This document shows, in pieces, positions 38,428-48,812 of a DNA stretch of 64,000 bases. Made by a program: the position numbers and the translations under genes. The stretch is from an uncultured bacterium (GTDB taxonomy: Bacteria > Zixibacteria > MSB-5A5 > CAIYYT01). The stretch is taken from positions 646-64,645 of the forward strand of contig CAVPQS010000077.1 of assembly GCA_963707485.1 (NCBI GenBank). The letters are read 5' to 3'. Position 1 is the first letter of the stretch. Every line of letters begins with the position of its first letter. The notes beneath the pieces were generated by a model, which was not told the origin of the DNA, did no database searches, and saw nothing but the letters and a program-made list of their open reading frames with translations.

Positions 38428-40686
38428 TCAAGCGCGCAGCAAATATTGGAACTTGAAAAAGAACTGGCGGCTGGTCTGTGTCATCTCGCTCGTGTCGATC
38501 AAATTCTGATACGAGTGTGTAGATCCGAGATAGAAGATGGAAAATGGATTGAGTTTGTAGCTTAACAGTGGTTCGAGCGCCATCACGCGCTCGAAGTTAT
38601 CATACTGGACAATTAACCGAAGGAACCACTCGCGCGAAAACTGATAATTGAGCTGAGTGCGGAGAATATAACCGGAGTAAATCTTGCCGCCGTCATTGGG
38701 GTAATTGAGTTCAGAGTAGCTGTATTCGGGGCGAATGATTAACCGCTGCAACAGTTTGATGGTACTGAAGGCCTCGAATTCCCAACCTTCGCCGAGTACA
38801 GGCGTCTTTATCTGCCGTGCGATATACTTGATTCGCTTAACTTGGCCACCCAGACTGACCGGGTCGGAAAAGCGGCTGTCGACATAGACGCGATAGTGGC
38901 GAATTCCCGGGAAGAACTGACCTTGAAATGTTTCGCGGCTATACAACCACCCCAATTGCACCTGTGTTTGCAAGGGCAGCAGCAGAGACAATTCCGGCGA
39001 GAACCATTCATCTTTGCGTGCTCCGGAGAAATTCCAAATCCTGCCGATCGAAAGAGTAGGCGAAACCTCAATGAAGACTTTCGATTTGGGCCGGAAAAAG
39101 AGTCCGGTCCAGAAACCGCCTTCGCGCTGATTGTTGCGAAACACGAAGCCGTTGTCGGCTCGGAAGGTCGGACTCGCCTGAATGAATTCGAGCTCAAAGT
39201 TCCAAAGACGCGCTTCGCGCAACACCGCTGCATAGATTGAGCTGCCCCAGTATTTTTCGCCGTCAAAAGCAACGGTATGGCGACCGCGATCAAAAGTGGT
39301 TGAATCGCCATTGAGATTCAAATCACTGAGTTCTTTTGTGTGGCTCGCTAAGAATTGCGCGCCGATGCGATAATTTTTGTCAAGGCGGAGACTGAAGTCG
39401 GCTCCAAACGCGCTGCCCGAACCGGCGTCATCAAGGCGGCGATCGGTTAAAATCGCACCAATAAATGAATCCTCGCCGAGGCTCTGTTTGACGCGCGCAA
39501 TGTTGGAGACACTCTTGCCGGCTTCGGCAAGTTCGGTGTGTTCCTCAAACGGCATCAAAAGCGGCGAGCGGTCGTCGCGGGCTCCGATATATCCAATTGC
39601 AGTGCGGCTTGTTAAATGTCCGGTTAGCTTCGTGGCAAAAATCGGGTCGTTGATTGAACGAGTGTAGACGACATTGGTGTATGTTTGGAATAAATCGGAC
39701 CCCTCCTGGAAGAACGGTCTCTTTTCGGGATAGAATAGTGCGAAGTTGTTATTGACGTCGACTTGCGCTGCGTCCGACTCGATCTGGCTGAAGTCGGGGT
39801 TGCATGTCATGTCGGCAGTCAGGTCCGAGCTGAGCAGATAGCGAACGTTCAGTGACGCTTCGCCATCAGGATTCTTATTATCGAGTCCAGAGAGCGGGTT
39901 GTCGAAATCGTGGAGCGCGGCCGATTGGAATCCGATGATGGAGGGAAGAATTTCGAGGCGGCTTCCCGGTCTGACATTTTCGAATCCGACTAATGTCCCA
40001 AACTGACAGGGAAAACAGGCCAGGTCGCGATCAATAGCGGCCCAAGTGGACTTCTCGCGGTCCGATCGCGGACGGTTACGCCAGAACGTTGCGCGCCATT
40101 CCTGAATCGGCTTAACAGGAAATCGCAAACTGCTAAAGGGCACGGCGACTTCAACCTGCCAGCCGTCTTCGGTAACGCGGCCGCGCGAATTGAATACGAT
40201 GTCAAAGCGCATGTCCTCTTCACCATTTGGAACCCAGCGGAGATCGCCCTGAAGGCCAAGCGGATTAACAAATATCTCATACGCCCACGCGGCATCGCCA
40301 TAAGTGTCGAGCAGTATGCCGACATAGTCGTCGTCGAAAATTTCATCGCGGTCGCGCATCGATGCGCGGACGGTTTTCGGATCATCGTGGCAGATGAACG
40401 CCATATAGAAATTGTCGTCGTCATACGTGACGAGGACCTCGGTCTCGACCGCGGGCTTGACCCTCTCGCGCGGTGTGTTTTCGGCAAAATTGGCGGCTTT
40501 GGCGGCACTTTGCCAGCCTGAATCGCTTAAGTCGCCGTCGATCTCGATCGATCCAGCGCAACGAGCGACACTAAGCAGCGGTTTGTCGTTGGGGATAAAT
40601 AGGTCTTGTGCCGCAATAGGAGCGGAAAAACACAGAAGCGCAATTGCGAGCAACCATGATATCGAAGAGCGAAACGTATCCGGCAT
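38428..40686 (-). CDS. DUF5916-family protein (CBM9-like N-terminal domain plus large beta-barrel-like C-terminal domain), secreted
   Basis: Signal peptide. The N-terminal domain is homologous to the 28757 fragment. 752 aa. Confidence 0.65.
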   Translation of the reverse strand: MPDTFRSSISWLLAIALLCFSAPIAAQDLFIPNDKPLLSVARCAGSIEIDGDLSDSGWQSAAKAANFAENTPRERVKPAVETEVLVTYDDDNFYMAFICHDDPKTVRASMRDRDEIFDDDYVGILLDTYGDAAWAYEIFVNPLGLQGDLRWVPNGEEDMRFDIVFNSRGRVTEDGWQVEVAVPFSSLRFPVKPIQEWRATFWRNRPRSDREKSTWAAIDRDLACFPCQFGTLVGFENVRPGSRLEILPSIIGFQSAALHDFDNPLSGLDNKNPDGEASLNVRYLLSSDLTADMTCNPDFSQIESDAAQVDVNNNFALFYPEKRPFFQEGSDLFQTYTNVVYTRSINDPIFATKLTGHLTSRTAIGYIGARDDRSPLLMPFEEHTELAEAGKSVSNIARVKQSLGEDSFIGAILTDRRLDDAGSGSAFGADFSLRLDKNYRIGAQFLASHTKELSDLNLNGDSTTFDRGRHTVAFDGEKYWGSSIYAAVLREARLWNFELEFIQASPTFRADNGFVFRNNQREGGFWTGLFFRPKSKVFIEVSPTLSIGRIWNFSGARKDEWFSPELSLLLPLQTQVQLGWLYSRETFQGQFFPGIRHYRVYVDSRFSDPVSLGGQVKRIKYIARQIKTPVLGEGWEFEAFSTIKLLQRLIIRPEYSYSELNYPNDGGKIYSGYILRTQLNYQFSREWFLRLIVQYDNFERVMALEPLLSYKLNPFSIFYLGSTHSYQNLIDTSEMTQTSRQFFFKFQYLLRA

Positions 40687-40788
40687 TATGGAAGAACTTA
40701 CGTTTTGTAGCGGAAAAAGTTGCGGGAAAGCTCTATTCTCAAAATCGGCCCCAATCCATACCGGAAAGGGGCCGAATTCCGTCAGTGG

Positions 40789-42105
40789 CTACAACTTTTC
40801 AATCTTCTTGCGGTTGCGTTTGACCTTCTTGGTAGCGTTGCGGGTGTCGAAAACAGCCGGAGCGTTATCGACGATCCACTGGTAATCGTAACTTGAATGG
40901 TCGGTGACGATAACGACGAGGTCCGAAGATTTGATCAGTTGAGCAGTAATCTTGGTCGACTTCATATCGATCTTGTGATGCTCATCAAAGCGAATTTGCG
41001 GCACGTAGGGGTCATTGTAGTAGACCCTGGCGCCGGAGCGCTGAAGCAAACTGATGCAGTCGAGTGCGGGGGACTCGCGGACATCGGCGATATCGCGCTT
41101 ATACGCGACTCCGAGCACGATGACTTTGGAGCCGTTAATCGATTTCTTGCGTTGGTTCAAATTGCGGGCAATGCGATCAAGCACGTACTCCGGCATATGC
41201 GAATTCACGTCGCCGGCAAGTTCGATAAAGCGGGAGTAATAATTCAGGCTTTTCAGTTTCCACGACAAGTAATGCGGGTCGATCGGAATACAATGTCCGC
41301 CAAGGCCGGGGCCGGGGAAAAAGGGCATAAAGCCGAACGGCTTGGATGATGCCGCGTCAATGATTTCCCAGACATTAAGTTTGAGGCGGTCGCACATCAA
41401 GGCGACTTCATTGACGAGTCCGATATTGACAGACCGGAAGGTATTCTCGAGCAATTTCACCATTTCGGCGGCCTGGGTCGAACTGACCATATAGACTTTG
41501 TTGATTGCAGCTTCGTAAAAGATTTTAGCCATTTGCTGGCAGCGAGGCGTGTGTCCACCGACGACGCGGGGAGTATTCTTTGTCTGATAGACGGCGTTAC
41601 CGGGATCGACGCGTTCGGGACTAAAGGCGAGATAGAAGTCCTTGCCGCATTTCAGTCCCTTTTCTTCGAGTTCGGGCAGAATCAATTCTTCAGTCGTTCC
41701 CGGATATGTTGTCGACTCGAGGATGACAAGCATTTCCTTGTGAAGGTACTTTTTTAACTCCATAACGGCGGTCAGAATATAGGAGACGTCGGGATCTTTG
41801 GTTTTGGACAGCGGCGTCGGCACGCAAATGGCACAGACGTCGCATTCTTTCATTAGCGAGAAATCGCGAGTCGCCTTGAGCTTTTTAGCAGCGACGGCTT
41901 TCTTGACTTCCTTGGGCGGCACATCGCCGATGTCGGACCCGCCTGAGTTGATCAGCTTGATCTTGCGATCAGAAATTTCAAAGCCGACGACGCGGTAACC
42001 GGCATGGACATACTCAATGGCGAGCGGTAGCCCAACATAGCCAAGACCAATAATGCCGATGACGGCCGACCGGTCCTTCAACTTTTGCGCCAATTGATTC
42101 TTCAA
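40789..42105 (-). CDS. Nucleotide-sugar dehydrogenase (UDP-N-acetyl-D-glucosamine/mannosamine 6-dehydrogenase family)
   Basis: N-terminal GIIGLGYVGLPLA Rossmann motif and catalytic-Cys region ...GGHCIPIDP. Confidence 0.85.
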   Translation of the reverse strand: MKNQLAQKLKDRSAVIGIIGLGYVGLPLAIEYVHAGYRVVGFEISDRKIKLINSGGSDIGDVPPKEVKKAVAAKKLKATRDFSLMKECDVCAICVPTPLSKTKDPDVSYILTAVMELKKYLHKEMLVILESTTYPGTTEELILPELEEKGLKCGKDFYLAFSPERVDPGNAVYQTKNTPRVVGGHTPRCQQMAKIFYEAAINKVYMVSSTQAAEMVKLLENTFRSVNIGLVNEVALMCDRLKLNVWEIIDAASSKPFGFMPFFPGPGLGGHCIPIDPHYLSWKLKSLNYYSRFIELAGDVNSHMPEYVLDRIARNLNQRKKSINGSKVIVLGVAYKRDIADVRESPALDCISLLQRSGARVYYNDPYVPQIRFDEHHKIDMKSTKITAQLIKSSDLVVIVTDHSSYDYQWIVDNAPAVFDTRNATKKVKRNRKKIEKL

Positions 42106-43049
42106 TTCATCCTCCAGAAATCCAAAGTATCAAGCAGCGTTTGCTCGATTCTATATTTGGGATTGTAATCTAATTCTTTTTTCGATTTAGAAATGCTTCC
42201 GACCAGAAGCGGTACTTCCACCGGGCGGAGCAATTCCTTTGCAACCTTGATATCTATTTCGGCAGTTGACATATTTGTCAGCAGCTTCAAGTAGCGCCGA
42301 ATACTGTGTGCTTTTCCGCTCGCAAGAATGTAAGGCTCTCCCGGCCGGCCATTTTTTGCCGCCAGACGGTAACCATTGACAATATCCCGCACATCAGCAA
42401 TATCGCGTTTGGCTGTGACATTTCCGACCTTTATCATTCCCGGCTTTTTCGACCGCTCGATTTTGGCAATTTGTGAACAAAGATCAGGCACTACATATCC
42501 GGTCGATTGCCTGGGACCGGTATGGTTAAAAGCGCGAACACGGACGATTGGGAGGCCATAGGCACGGAAATACTGGTATGAAAGTATGTCTGCGGCGGCT
42601 TTGGAGGCGCCATAGGGGGACACAGGATTCAGCGGGTAATCCGGCTTTATGGGCATTTTGGACGGCGGAAGCGGTCCAAAAACGTCGGCGGACGAGACAA
42701 ATATGACTTTTTCCAACGATTTGGAGTTCCGGAGAATTTCGTATAGCTCCAAAGTCCCGAAAAGGTTCACTTTCATGGTTTCTACCGGAGCCGAAAACGA
42801 CCTACCGACGGAGGCGAGTGCTGCAAGATGAAACACCCACTGCGGTTTGATCCGGTTGATCGCAGTTCGAAGCGTACGCGTATCGTCGAGCGAAGCCCGA
42901 ATCAAGGTAATCTGCCGTTTGAAGTCCGCCACATTGACTTGAGTCTCGCCTCTTTGAGTGGTCCCGAAGACTTCAATGTTGTGTTTGAGAAGATTTTCGG
43001 CAAGATGCGAACCGGCGAAGCCGGTAATGCCGGTTATGAGGGCTCTCAT
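42102..43049 (-). CDS. rmd: GDP-4-dehydro-6-deoxy-D-mannose reductase-like (Rmd) NAD-dependent epimerase/dehydratase
   Basis: [23 protein letters not shown]. It sits immediately downstream of gmd with a 4-bp overlap. Confidence 0.7.
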   Translation of the reverse strand: MRALITGITGFAGSHLAENLLKHNIEVFGTTQRGETQVNVADFKRQITLIRASLDDTRTLRTAINRIKPQWVFHLAALASVGRSFSAPVETMKVNLFGTLELYEILRNSKSLEKVIFVSSADVFGPLPPSKMPIKPDYPLNPVSPYGASKAAADILSYQYFRAYGLPIVRVRAFNHTGPRQSTGYVVPDLCSQIAKIERSKKPGMIKVGNVTAKRDIADVRDIVNGYRLAAKNGRPGEPYILASGKAHSIRRYLKLLTNMSTAEIDIKVAKELLRPVEVPLLVGSISKSKKELDYNPKYRIEQTLLDTLDFWRMN

Positions 43050-44017
43050 AGACTGTGTTTTTTCTTCAACGCCGCCAAATCAGAATCAACCATCATTTCG
43101 ACAAGCTGGCGGAATGAGACTTTGGGTTGCCAGCCTAACTTCTTACGGGCTTGGGTCGAATCGCCAAGGAGAATGTCAACCTCGGCCGGGCGTACATAGC
43201 GTTGGTCGATTTTCACATACTGTTCATATTCAAGGCCGAGTCGCGAGAAGGCGATTTCGGCAAATTCGCGCACGGAGTGATTTTCGTTGGATGAGATCAC
43301 AAAGTTCTCCGGCTGGTCTTGCTGCAGCATCAACCACATGGCGACAACGTAGTCGCCGGCGTATCCCCAATCGCGTTTGGCGTCGAGATTGCCAAGATAG
43401 AGTACGTTAGCCAAACCGAGTTTGATTCTGGCGGCGCCATCGGAAATCTTGCGGGTGACAAATTCGAGTCCGCGACGGGGCGACTCATGGTTGAATAAGA
43501 TGCCTGATGATGCATGGATGTTGTATGATTCACGATAATTCACCGTGATGAAGTGGCCGTAAACCTTGGCAACTCCATAAGGTGAACGCGGATAGAATGG
43601 TGTTTTCTCTGTTTGCGGGACTTGCTGAACTTTGCCGAACATCTCCGAAGACGAGGCTTGATAGAACTTGATCTTGGTGTCGACTTTGCGAATAGCTTCC
43701 AGCAGCTTGGTAACGCCGATTGCATCGAACTCGCCGGTCAATACCGGTTGCGTCCAAGATGTCGGCACAAACGACTGCGCGGCAAGATTGTAAACCTCGT
43801 CGGGATGGATGTCCTCGATCATATCGAGCAATGAGCCTTGATCGAAAAGGTCGGCCTGGATCAAGCGCAATTTATCTTTGATATGATTGATTCGCTCGAA
43901 ATTTTCGGTTGAGGAACGCCGGACCATGCCATAGACCTCGTAGCCCTTTTCCAAGAGCAGCTCGGCGAGGTAAGATCCGTCCTGTCCGGTAACTCCGGTT
44001 ATTAATGCACGCATCAT
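43046..44017 (-). CDS. gmd: GDP-mannose 4,6-dehydratase
   Basis: [29 protein letters not shown]...NHESPRRG is the canonical Gmd sequence. Confidence 0.92.
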   Translation of the reverse strand: MMRALITGVTGQDGSYLAELLLEKGYEVYGMVRRSSTENFERINHIKDKLRLIQADLFDQGSLLDMIEDIHPDEVYNLAAQSFVPTSWTQPVLTGEFDAIGVTKLLEAIRKVDTKIKFYQASSSEMFGKVQQVPQTEKTPFYPRSPYGVAKVYGHFITVNYRESYNIHASSGILFNHESPRRGLEFVTRKISDGAARIKLGLANVLYLGNLDAKRDWGYAGDYVVAMWLMLQQDQPENFVISSNENHSVREFAEIAFSRLGLEYEQYVKIDQRYVRPAEVDILLGDSTQARKKLGWQPKVSFRQLVEMMVDSDLAALKKKHSL

Positions 44018-44145
44018 AGTCTCCCATTAGGGTTGGCTGGAATATATAAGCGGACCTGCCGATGTCAAGCTCTGACACAAACGTCCCGGGGATGGCCAGA
44101 ATGCTGCTTGCCGCCGCCTTACACTAATACTATATATACCCCCTA

Positions 44146-44559
44146 ATGGTTAAGTTCGACAAAAAGCTGTTCTACTATAAACTCCCGCCGGTACTGTTAG
44201 CGGCGTTGATAATCCTGCTGTCTTCGCTCCCAAATGCTCATCCGCCGTCCTTTAATATCCGAAATATTGACAAGTTCTATCATGGATTGGAGTATTTCCT
44301 ATTCGGATTACTGCTGTTTCGGGCATTTCCGGACCTTCACGGCTCGCCTCGAAAGGCGATTTACTACGCGCTGCTGTTCGGTTTTGGTTTTGCATATGCC
44401 GGTTTGGACGAGACGGTTCAGTCGTTCGTGCCGAACCGTGATTCTTCGATTGGAGACTGGCTGGCGGATGCGACCGGATATACGGTCGCCGGAGTTGTCA
44501 CTATTTGGTACCGACTCAAGCGAAGGACTCAGGAGCCCGACTTGACGAGTTTGCGTTGA
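44146..44559 (+). CDS. VanZ-family membrane protein
   Basis: 137 aa, 4 TM, GLDETVQSFVPNRDSSIGDWLAD motif. Confidence 0.7.
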   Translation: MVKFDKKLFYYKLPPVLLAALIILLSSLPNAHPPSFNIRNIDKFYHGLEYFLFGLLLFRAFPDLHGSPRKAIYYALLFGFGFAYAGLDETVQSFVPNRDSSIGDWLADATGYTVAGVVTIWYRLKRRTQEPDLTSLR

Positions 44560-44592
44560 CATTGCCGGGTTGATTTCTATCTTGGAATTACT

Positions 44593-45849
44593 ATGAAATA
44601 TCAGCGAATCAAAGGCACCTTCGATATTCTGCCTGAGGAATCGGGAAAGTGGGTGTATCTGGAGCAGATCGTTCGCGACGCAATGCGCCGGTTCAATTAC
44701 CAGGAAATCCGCCCGCCCGTATTCGAGATGACCGAGCTGTTCGCTCGCGGCATCGGCGAAGGCACAGATATTGTCTCGAAAGAAATGTTCAGTTTCACCG
44801 ACATGGGTGGACGAAATTTGACTCTTCGCCCGGAAGCGACGGCATCGGTTGTGCGGGCATATATCGAAGAGTCGCTCGGTAAGAAATCACCGTTAAACAA
44901 AGTCTATTATATTGGGCCGATGTTTCGGCAAGAGAAGCCGCAAAAAGGCCGGCAACGGCAATTCCATCAATTCGGCGCCGAGGCCATTGGGTCAGTTGAT
45001 CCGAAAATCGATGCCGAAATAATAGCCATTAGTGTGCAAGTATTGAGAGATTGCGGAATCAATCAATTTGAGGTAGCGCTTAATTCGGTTGCTACGCCGG
45101 AAATTCGAGCCAAACACAGGATCGAGCTCTTGAGATTCGTTCAGCCCAAAGCGGCCGAGTTTCCTGCTGTCGATCGGGAGAAGATTGAGCGAAATCCGCT
45201 GCGCTTGTTCGACAGCAAAGAGCAATTGACGAGGTCGTTGATGACGGATGCGCCGTTGCTTGAACAATTCTACGACGAGCCTGTCCGGCGAGATTTTGAT
45301 TTGGTCATGGCGACGCTGGAGAAGCTCAATATTCCCTTTACCGTCGATCCGCGCTTAGTCCGCGGGTTGGATTACTACACCAGAACCGCTTTCGAAATCC
45401 GCTCGGAATTGCTGGGTGCGCAAGATGCGCTGTCCGGCGGCGGCCGCTACGATCTGCTGATTCAGGAACTAGGGGGAGACCCAACACCGGCAGTCGGTTT
45501 TGCAGCAGGTATGGAGCGGACGTTATTGGCGATGGAGGCGACGGGGAACAAGGGATTCGAGGCAAAACCGTTGGATGTCTTTGTCATCGCCACGAATCCT
45601 GATGAGCGGACCGAAGCTGCGACTTTGGCAGGCAAGCTGCGCGAGGCCGGGGTTTCCGTCGATCTCGACTATCTCGAACGTTCGCAGAAGTCGCAAATGA
45701 AGGAAGCCGCGCGGCAGAACGCTCGCTTTGCGATCTTTGTATTTAGCGACGACATCCAGGAGCGGCATTATACGATCAAGAACATGACGACGACCGAACA
45801 GCAGAAGCTGCCATATGAGGGTGTTATGCGCGTAATCGTATCGATGTAG
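44593..45849 (+). CDS. hisS: Histidine--tRNA ligase
   Basis: Class II motifs ...FRQEKPQKGRQRQFHQFG... and GGGRYD. 418 aa. Confidence 0.92.
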   Translation: MKYQRIKGTFDILPEESGKWVYLEQIVRDAMRRFNYQEIRPPVFEMTELFARGIGEGTDIVSKEMFSFTDMGGRNLTLRPEATASVVRAYIEESLGKKSPLNKVYYIGPMFRQEKPQKGRQRQFHQFGAEAIGSVDPKIDAEIIAISVQVLRDCGINQFEVALNSVATPEIRAKHRIELLRFVQPKAAEFPAVDREKIERNPLRLFDSKEQLTRSLMTDAPLLEQFYDEPVRRDFDLVMATLEKLNIPFTVDPRLVRGLDYYTRTAFEIRSELLGAQDALSGGGRYDLLIQELGGDPTPAVGFAAGMERTLLAMEATGNKGFEAKPLDVFVIATNPDERTEAATLAGKLREAGVSVDLDYLERSQKSQMKEAARQNARFAIFVFSDDIQERHYTIKNMTTTEQQKLPYEGVMRVIVSM

Positions 45850-45887
45850 GGGATAGGTCGGTTAGTTCAGCAGTCGATTCTGCAATC

Positions 45888-46778
45888 TTAGTCCTCAACG
45901 TTCACAGAAGATTTGCGGATGCTCTCGATTACCTCACCATAGTATGGTTTTTCCTTTAGGCTGGCATAGGCGCCAGGGAAGAGGACGACAGTCAATTCGG
46001 CGCCCATATCAGAGTAATTGCTCATTGTAATAGCAAAGCGTTGGCCGTTGGGCAATCGCGTGTTGTCGATCATAGGGAAGTCGTAAAATCCCACGCTAAA
46101 GGAAACGTTCTTGGAGATCGGATCTCCGGCGCCACTGTGGCTGCGAATTGTGACATCAAGCCGAAGTTCCTTTGCCTCGCGATCGATGTCGACGACATCA
46201 ACCACCAAAGTCGTCTGGACGCTGTCGAGCATCAACTCTGCGGGTTCAAGAGCGACGCCTTCGAAATCTCCCTCAAGATTTACGCCCCAGTCTTTCTTGA
46301 CGCCGACGCCTTCAAGAACAACCATTTGTTTCTTGGTGATTTCGCGGGCAACGCGTTCGAGTCGGCGTTGATATGCCGTATAGCGTTCGACCGAGTCCGG
46401 CCTTGTCTCGTTTTTCAGACGTTCGCCGATACTTTGGCGCAGGTCGGTGAACAGCGGCTTGAGATTAAGCGACTCGTGGAAATTGTAGGCGAGCAATTCG
46501 AGATTTAGTACTGCCGCACCGATTGTCGATTCTTGGGGACGCAAGAATGTCCCGATAATCGAAACGAACATGTCCTTGCGCAGGGCGCTTTCAGACTGTT
46601 CGCGATTGCTCATGAGCTCCGAATACAGGCGCGTATTGGCGTCCATTGATTGTTGGCGTTCGAGATACTTCGAAGTAATAAAACCGATCAGTGTTATTGC
46701 GATGGCTGTGAACAATCCGCCCAGCGGCTGGAGAATGATAGTCAGCTTATCCCAAAAGTCGCGCTGCTTACTCTCCAT
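45888..46778 (-). CDS. Hypothetical membrane-anchored protein
   Basis: N-terminal TM helix LGGLFTAIAITLIGFI, then a roughly 260-aa soluble part. Last gene of the pdxS operon. Confidence 0.45.
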   Translation of the reverse strand: MESKQRDFWDKLTIILQPLGGLFTAIAITLIGFITSKYLERQQSMDANTRLYSELMSNREQSESALRKDMFVSIIGTFLRPQESTIGAAVLNLELLAYNFHESLNLKPLFTDLRQSIGERLKNETRPDSVERYTAYQRRLERVAREITKKQMVVLEGVGVKKDWGVNLEGDFEGVALEPAELMLDSVQTTLVVDVVDIDREAKELRLDVTIRSHSGAGDPISKNVSFSVGFYDFPMIDNTRLPNGQRFAITMSNYSDMGAELTVVLFPGAYASLKEKPYYGEVIESIRKSSVNVED

Positions 46779-46781
46779 AGA

Positions 46782-47174
46782 TTACTTCCGCTTCAAGTTG
46801 TACTTGCCGTCTTTGTCTTTCTCGAGTATCAGGTCGTAGCGAGTGGCGTTGGTATAGGAATTGACTTCGATTGTCGGGGTCTGCTTTTCAATGTAGACTG
46901 TCAAAACGCACTTGCCTTCTTCTTTCACAGTCATTCTGTACGCTCCGAACTTGTCGGTTGCGGATGAGTCAGCGATGACCGGCGCCGGTGCGGGTTTCAC
47001 AGCTTTTACAGGCGCTGTGATGGTCAACTTGGTGCCCTCCGGCAGCGGTTTGTCACCCATTTTTATGTCGCCGAAAATACGACCGGCAAATAGCTGAGTC
47101 AACGGGAGCAATGTTAAGACTAAGATCAACAAAATACGCATCGATTCCTCCTTCAGGTTTCCCCTATTAAACAA
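46782..47174 (-). CDS. Small secreted protein with carboxypeptidase-regulatory/transthyretin-like features
   Basis: Signal peptide MRILLILVLTLLPLTQLFA. Probable start at 47141. Confidence 0.4.
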   Translation of the reverse strand: MFNRGNLKEESMRILLILVLTLLPLTQLFAGRIFGDIKMGDKPLPEGTKLTITAPVKAVKPAPAPVIADSSATDKFGAYRMTVKEEGKCVLTVYIEKQTPTIEVNSYTNATRYDLILEKDKDGKYNLKRK

Positions 47175-47222
47175 ATGACATTGAACTTTGTATCCAAGGA
47201 AATTCTCGCAAGCAAATTGGGA

Positions 47223-47807
47223 TTAGCCTATTGACATCGACAAGAAATACTGCTGAAATCGGAGCGAGCCGGTCAATTCAGGATGGAATGAAGTCGCAAT
47301 TACATTGCCTTTGCGAACAATCACAGTTTCGTTGCGGCACTTTCCCAGGATTTCGACGTCGTCGCCAATGTTTGATATTTTCGGCGCCCGAATAAACACC
47401 ATTTCGAGTTGTTCGGACTTTGGTCCAAGTGTGACTTCGCCGTTGTCTACAAATGATTCGAATTGTCGGCCATAGCCATTTCGCTCGACAGTGATTTCAA
47501 GGAGGGCCAGCGGCGAAATATGCTTGTCGTTCGTCAGATGCGATGCCAGCATGATCATTCCGGCGCAGGTTCCCCAAACCGGCTTGGAGTGCGCGAATTC
47601 TTTGATGGCTTTGCCCAGTCCGGTAGACTTGATGAACCGGTCGATGACTGAGGATTCACCGCCGGGAATGATGAAATAATCGCAATCAGCCAGTTGTGCG
47701 GGCGACTTAACCAGGCGGACGGCGCATTTCAGTTTGGCAAATGCCTGTTGATGCCTGGCAAAATCCCCTTGAAATGCGAGTATACCAACAATCGGCTTGA
47801 CGATCAT
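47223..47807 (-). CDS. pdxT: Pyridoxal 5'-phosphate synthase glutaminase subunit PdxT
   Basis: GILAFQGDF...GTCAG catalytic Cys. 194 aa. 4-bp overlap with pdxS. Confidence 0.9.
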   Translation of the reverse strand: MIVKPIVGILAFQGDFARHQQAFAKLKCAVRLVKSPAQLADCDYFIIPGGESSVIDRFIKSTGLGKAIKEFAHSKPVWGTCAGMIMLASHLTNDKHISPLALLEITVERNGYGRQFESFVDNGEVTLGPKSEQLEMVFIRAPKISNIGDDVEILGKCRNETVIVRKGNVIATSFHPELTGSLRFQQYFLSMSIG

Positions 47808-48688
47808 CTGTACTGAAGCAGCTCTTCCTTTGGAAGTTTGCTGATTTCCAGGCCGGGCATTGCGTCACCAAGCGAACGGCTCGCTTCGAGTACGATAGCA
47901 GGATCGTCATAATGCGTAGTCGCAGTAACGACGGCCTTGGCAAGACGAGCGGGATCGGATGATTTGAAAATTCCAGAGCCGACAAAAACGGCTTGGGCAC
48001 CGAGCTTCATGCAAAGTACAGCGTCGGCCGGTGTCGCGATTCCGCCGGCGGCGAAATTAGGAACTGTCAGATTTTGCAGATCGGCGGTTCTTTTGACCAG
48101 TTCAACCGGCACGCGGTATTCCTTGGCCATTTTTTTGAGCTTTTCTTTATCCATTTTCTTAAGGGCGTGAATTTCGCCGTAAATTTGGCGGAGGTGACGC
48201 ACCGCCTCGACGATATTTCCGGAGCCGGCTTCGCCTTTGGTGCGAATCATCGCCGCGCCTTCGTGAATTCTACGCAATGCTTCGCCGAGATTGCGGCAGC
48301 CACAAACGAACGGGATTCTAAAAGGATGCTTGTCGATGTGATGCTCTTCGTCGGCCGGCGTGAGGACCTCTGATTCATCGATGTAATCGACCTTGAGTTC
48401 CTGCAGTAATTCAGCTTCAGCGAAGTGTCCGATGCGGCACTTGGCCATAACCGGAATCTGGACGGTAGCTTGGATTTCTTCGATCTTTTCAACGGGTGAC
48501 ATGCGCGCCACGCCGCCGGCTTTTCTGATATCGGCCGGGACGCGTTCAAGCGCCATCACGGCGACAGCGCCGGCGTCCTCAGCGATTTTGGCCTGTTGGG
48601 CGTTGGTAACGTCCATAATGACGCCGCCCTTGAGCATTTCGGCCAAGCCAACTTTTAATACGTATTCTTTATTATCCATTACAAACAC
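47804..48688 (-). CDS. pdxS: Pyridoxal 5'-phosphate synthase lyase subunit PdxS
   Basis: GGVIMDV...AEDAGA...RTKGEAGTGN-like [16 protein letters not shown] is the canonical PdxS sequence. Confidence 0.92.
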   Translation of the reverse strand: MFVMDNKEYVLKVGLAEMLKGGVIMDVTNAQQAKIAEDAGAVAVMALERVPADIRKAGGVARMSPVEKIEEIQATVQIPVMAKCRIGHFAEAELLQELKVDYIDESEVLTPADEEHHIDKHPFRIPFVCGCRNLGEALRRIHEGAAMIRTKGEAGSGNIVEAVRHLRQIYGEIHALKKMDKEKLKKMAKEYRVPVELVKRTADLQNLTVPNFAAGGIATPADAVLCMKLGAQAVFVGSGIFKSSDPARLAKAVVTATTHYDDPAIVLEASRSLGDAMPGLEISKLPKEELLQYR

Positions 48689-48812
48689 CTCGTATCAGAA
48701 ATCCCGTGCCCGCTCCACAATTGGTGGGCCATTTCACGCCGGACACAACGCTTCCGGACATAGACAATCTATATACGTGGATTTTCAGAAAAAGGCAAGC
48801 TGACTTAGCCTA

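Noticed and set aside
38808-40508. ORFs 38808..39311(-), 38842..39240(+), 39990..40508(-)
   Set aside because: Alternative frames within the 752-aa DUF5916 gene.
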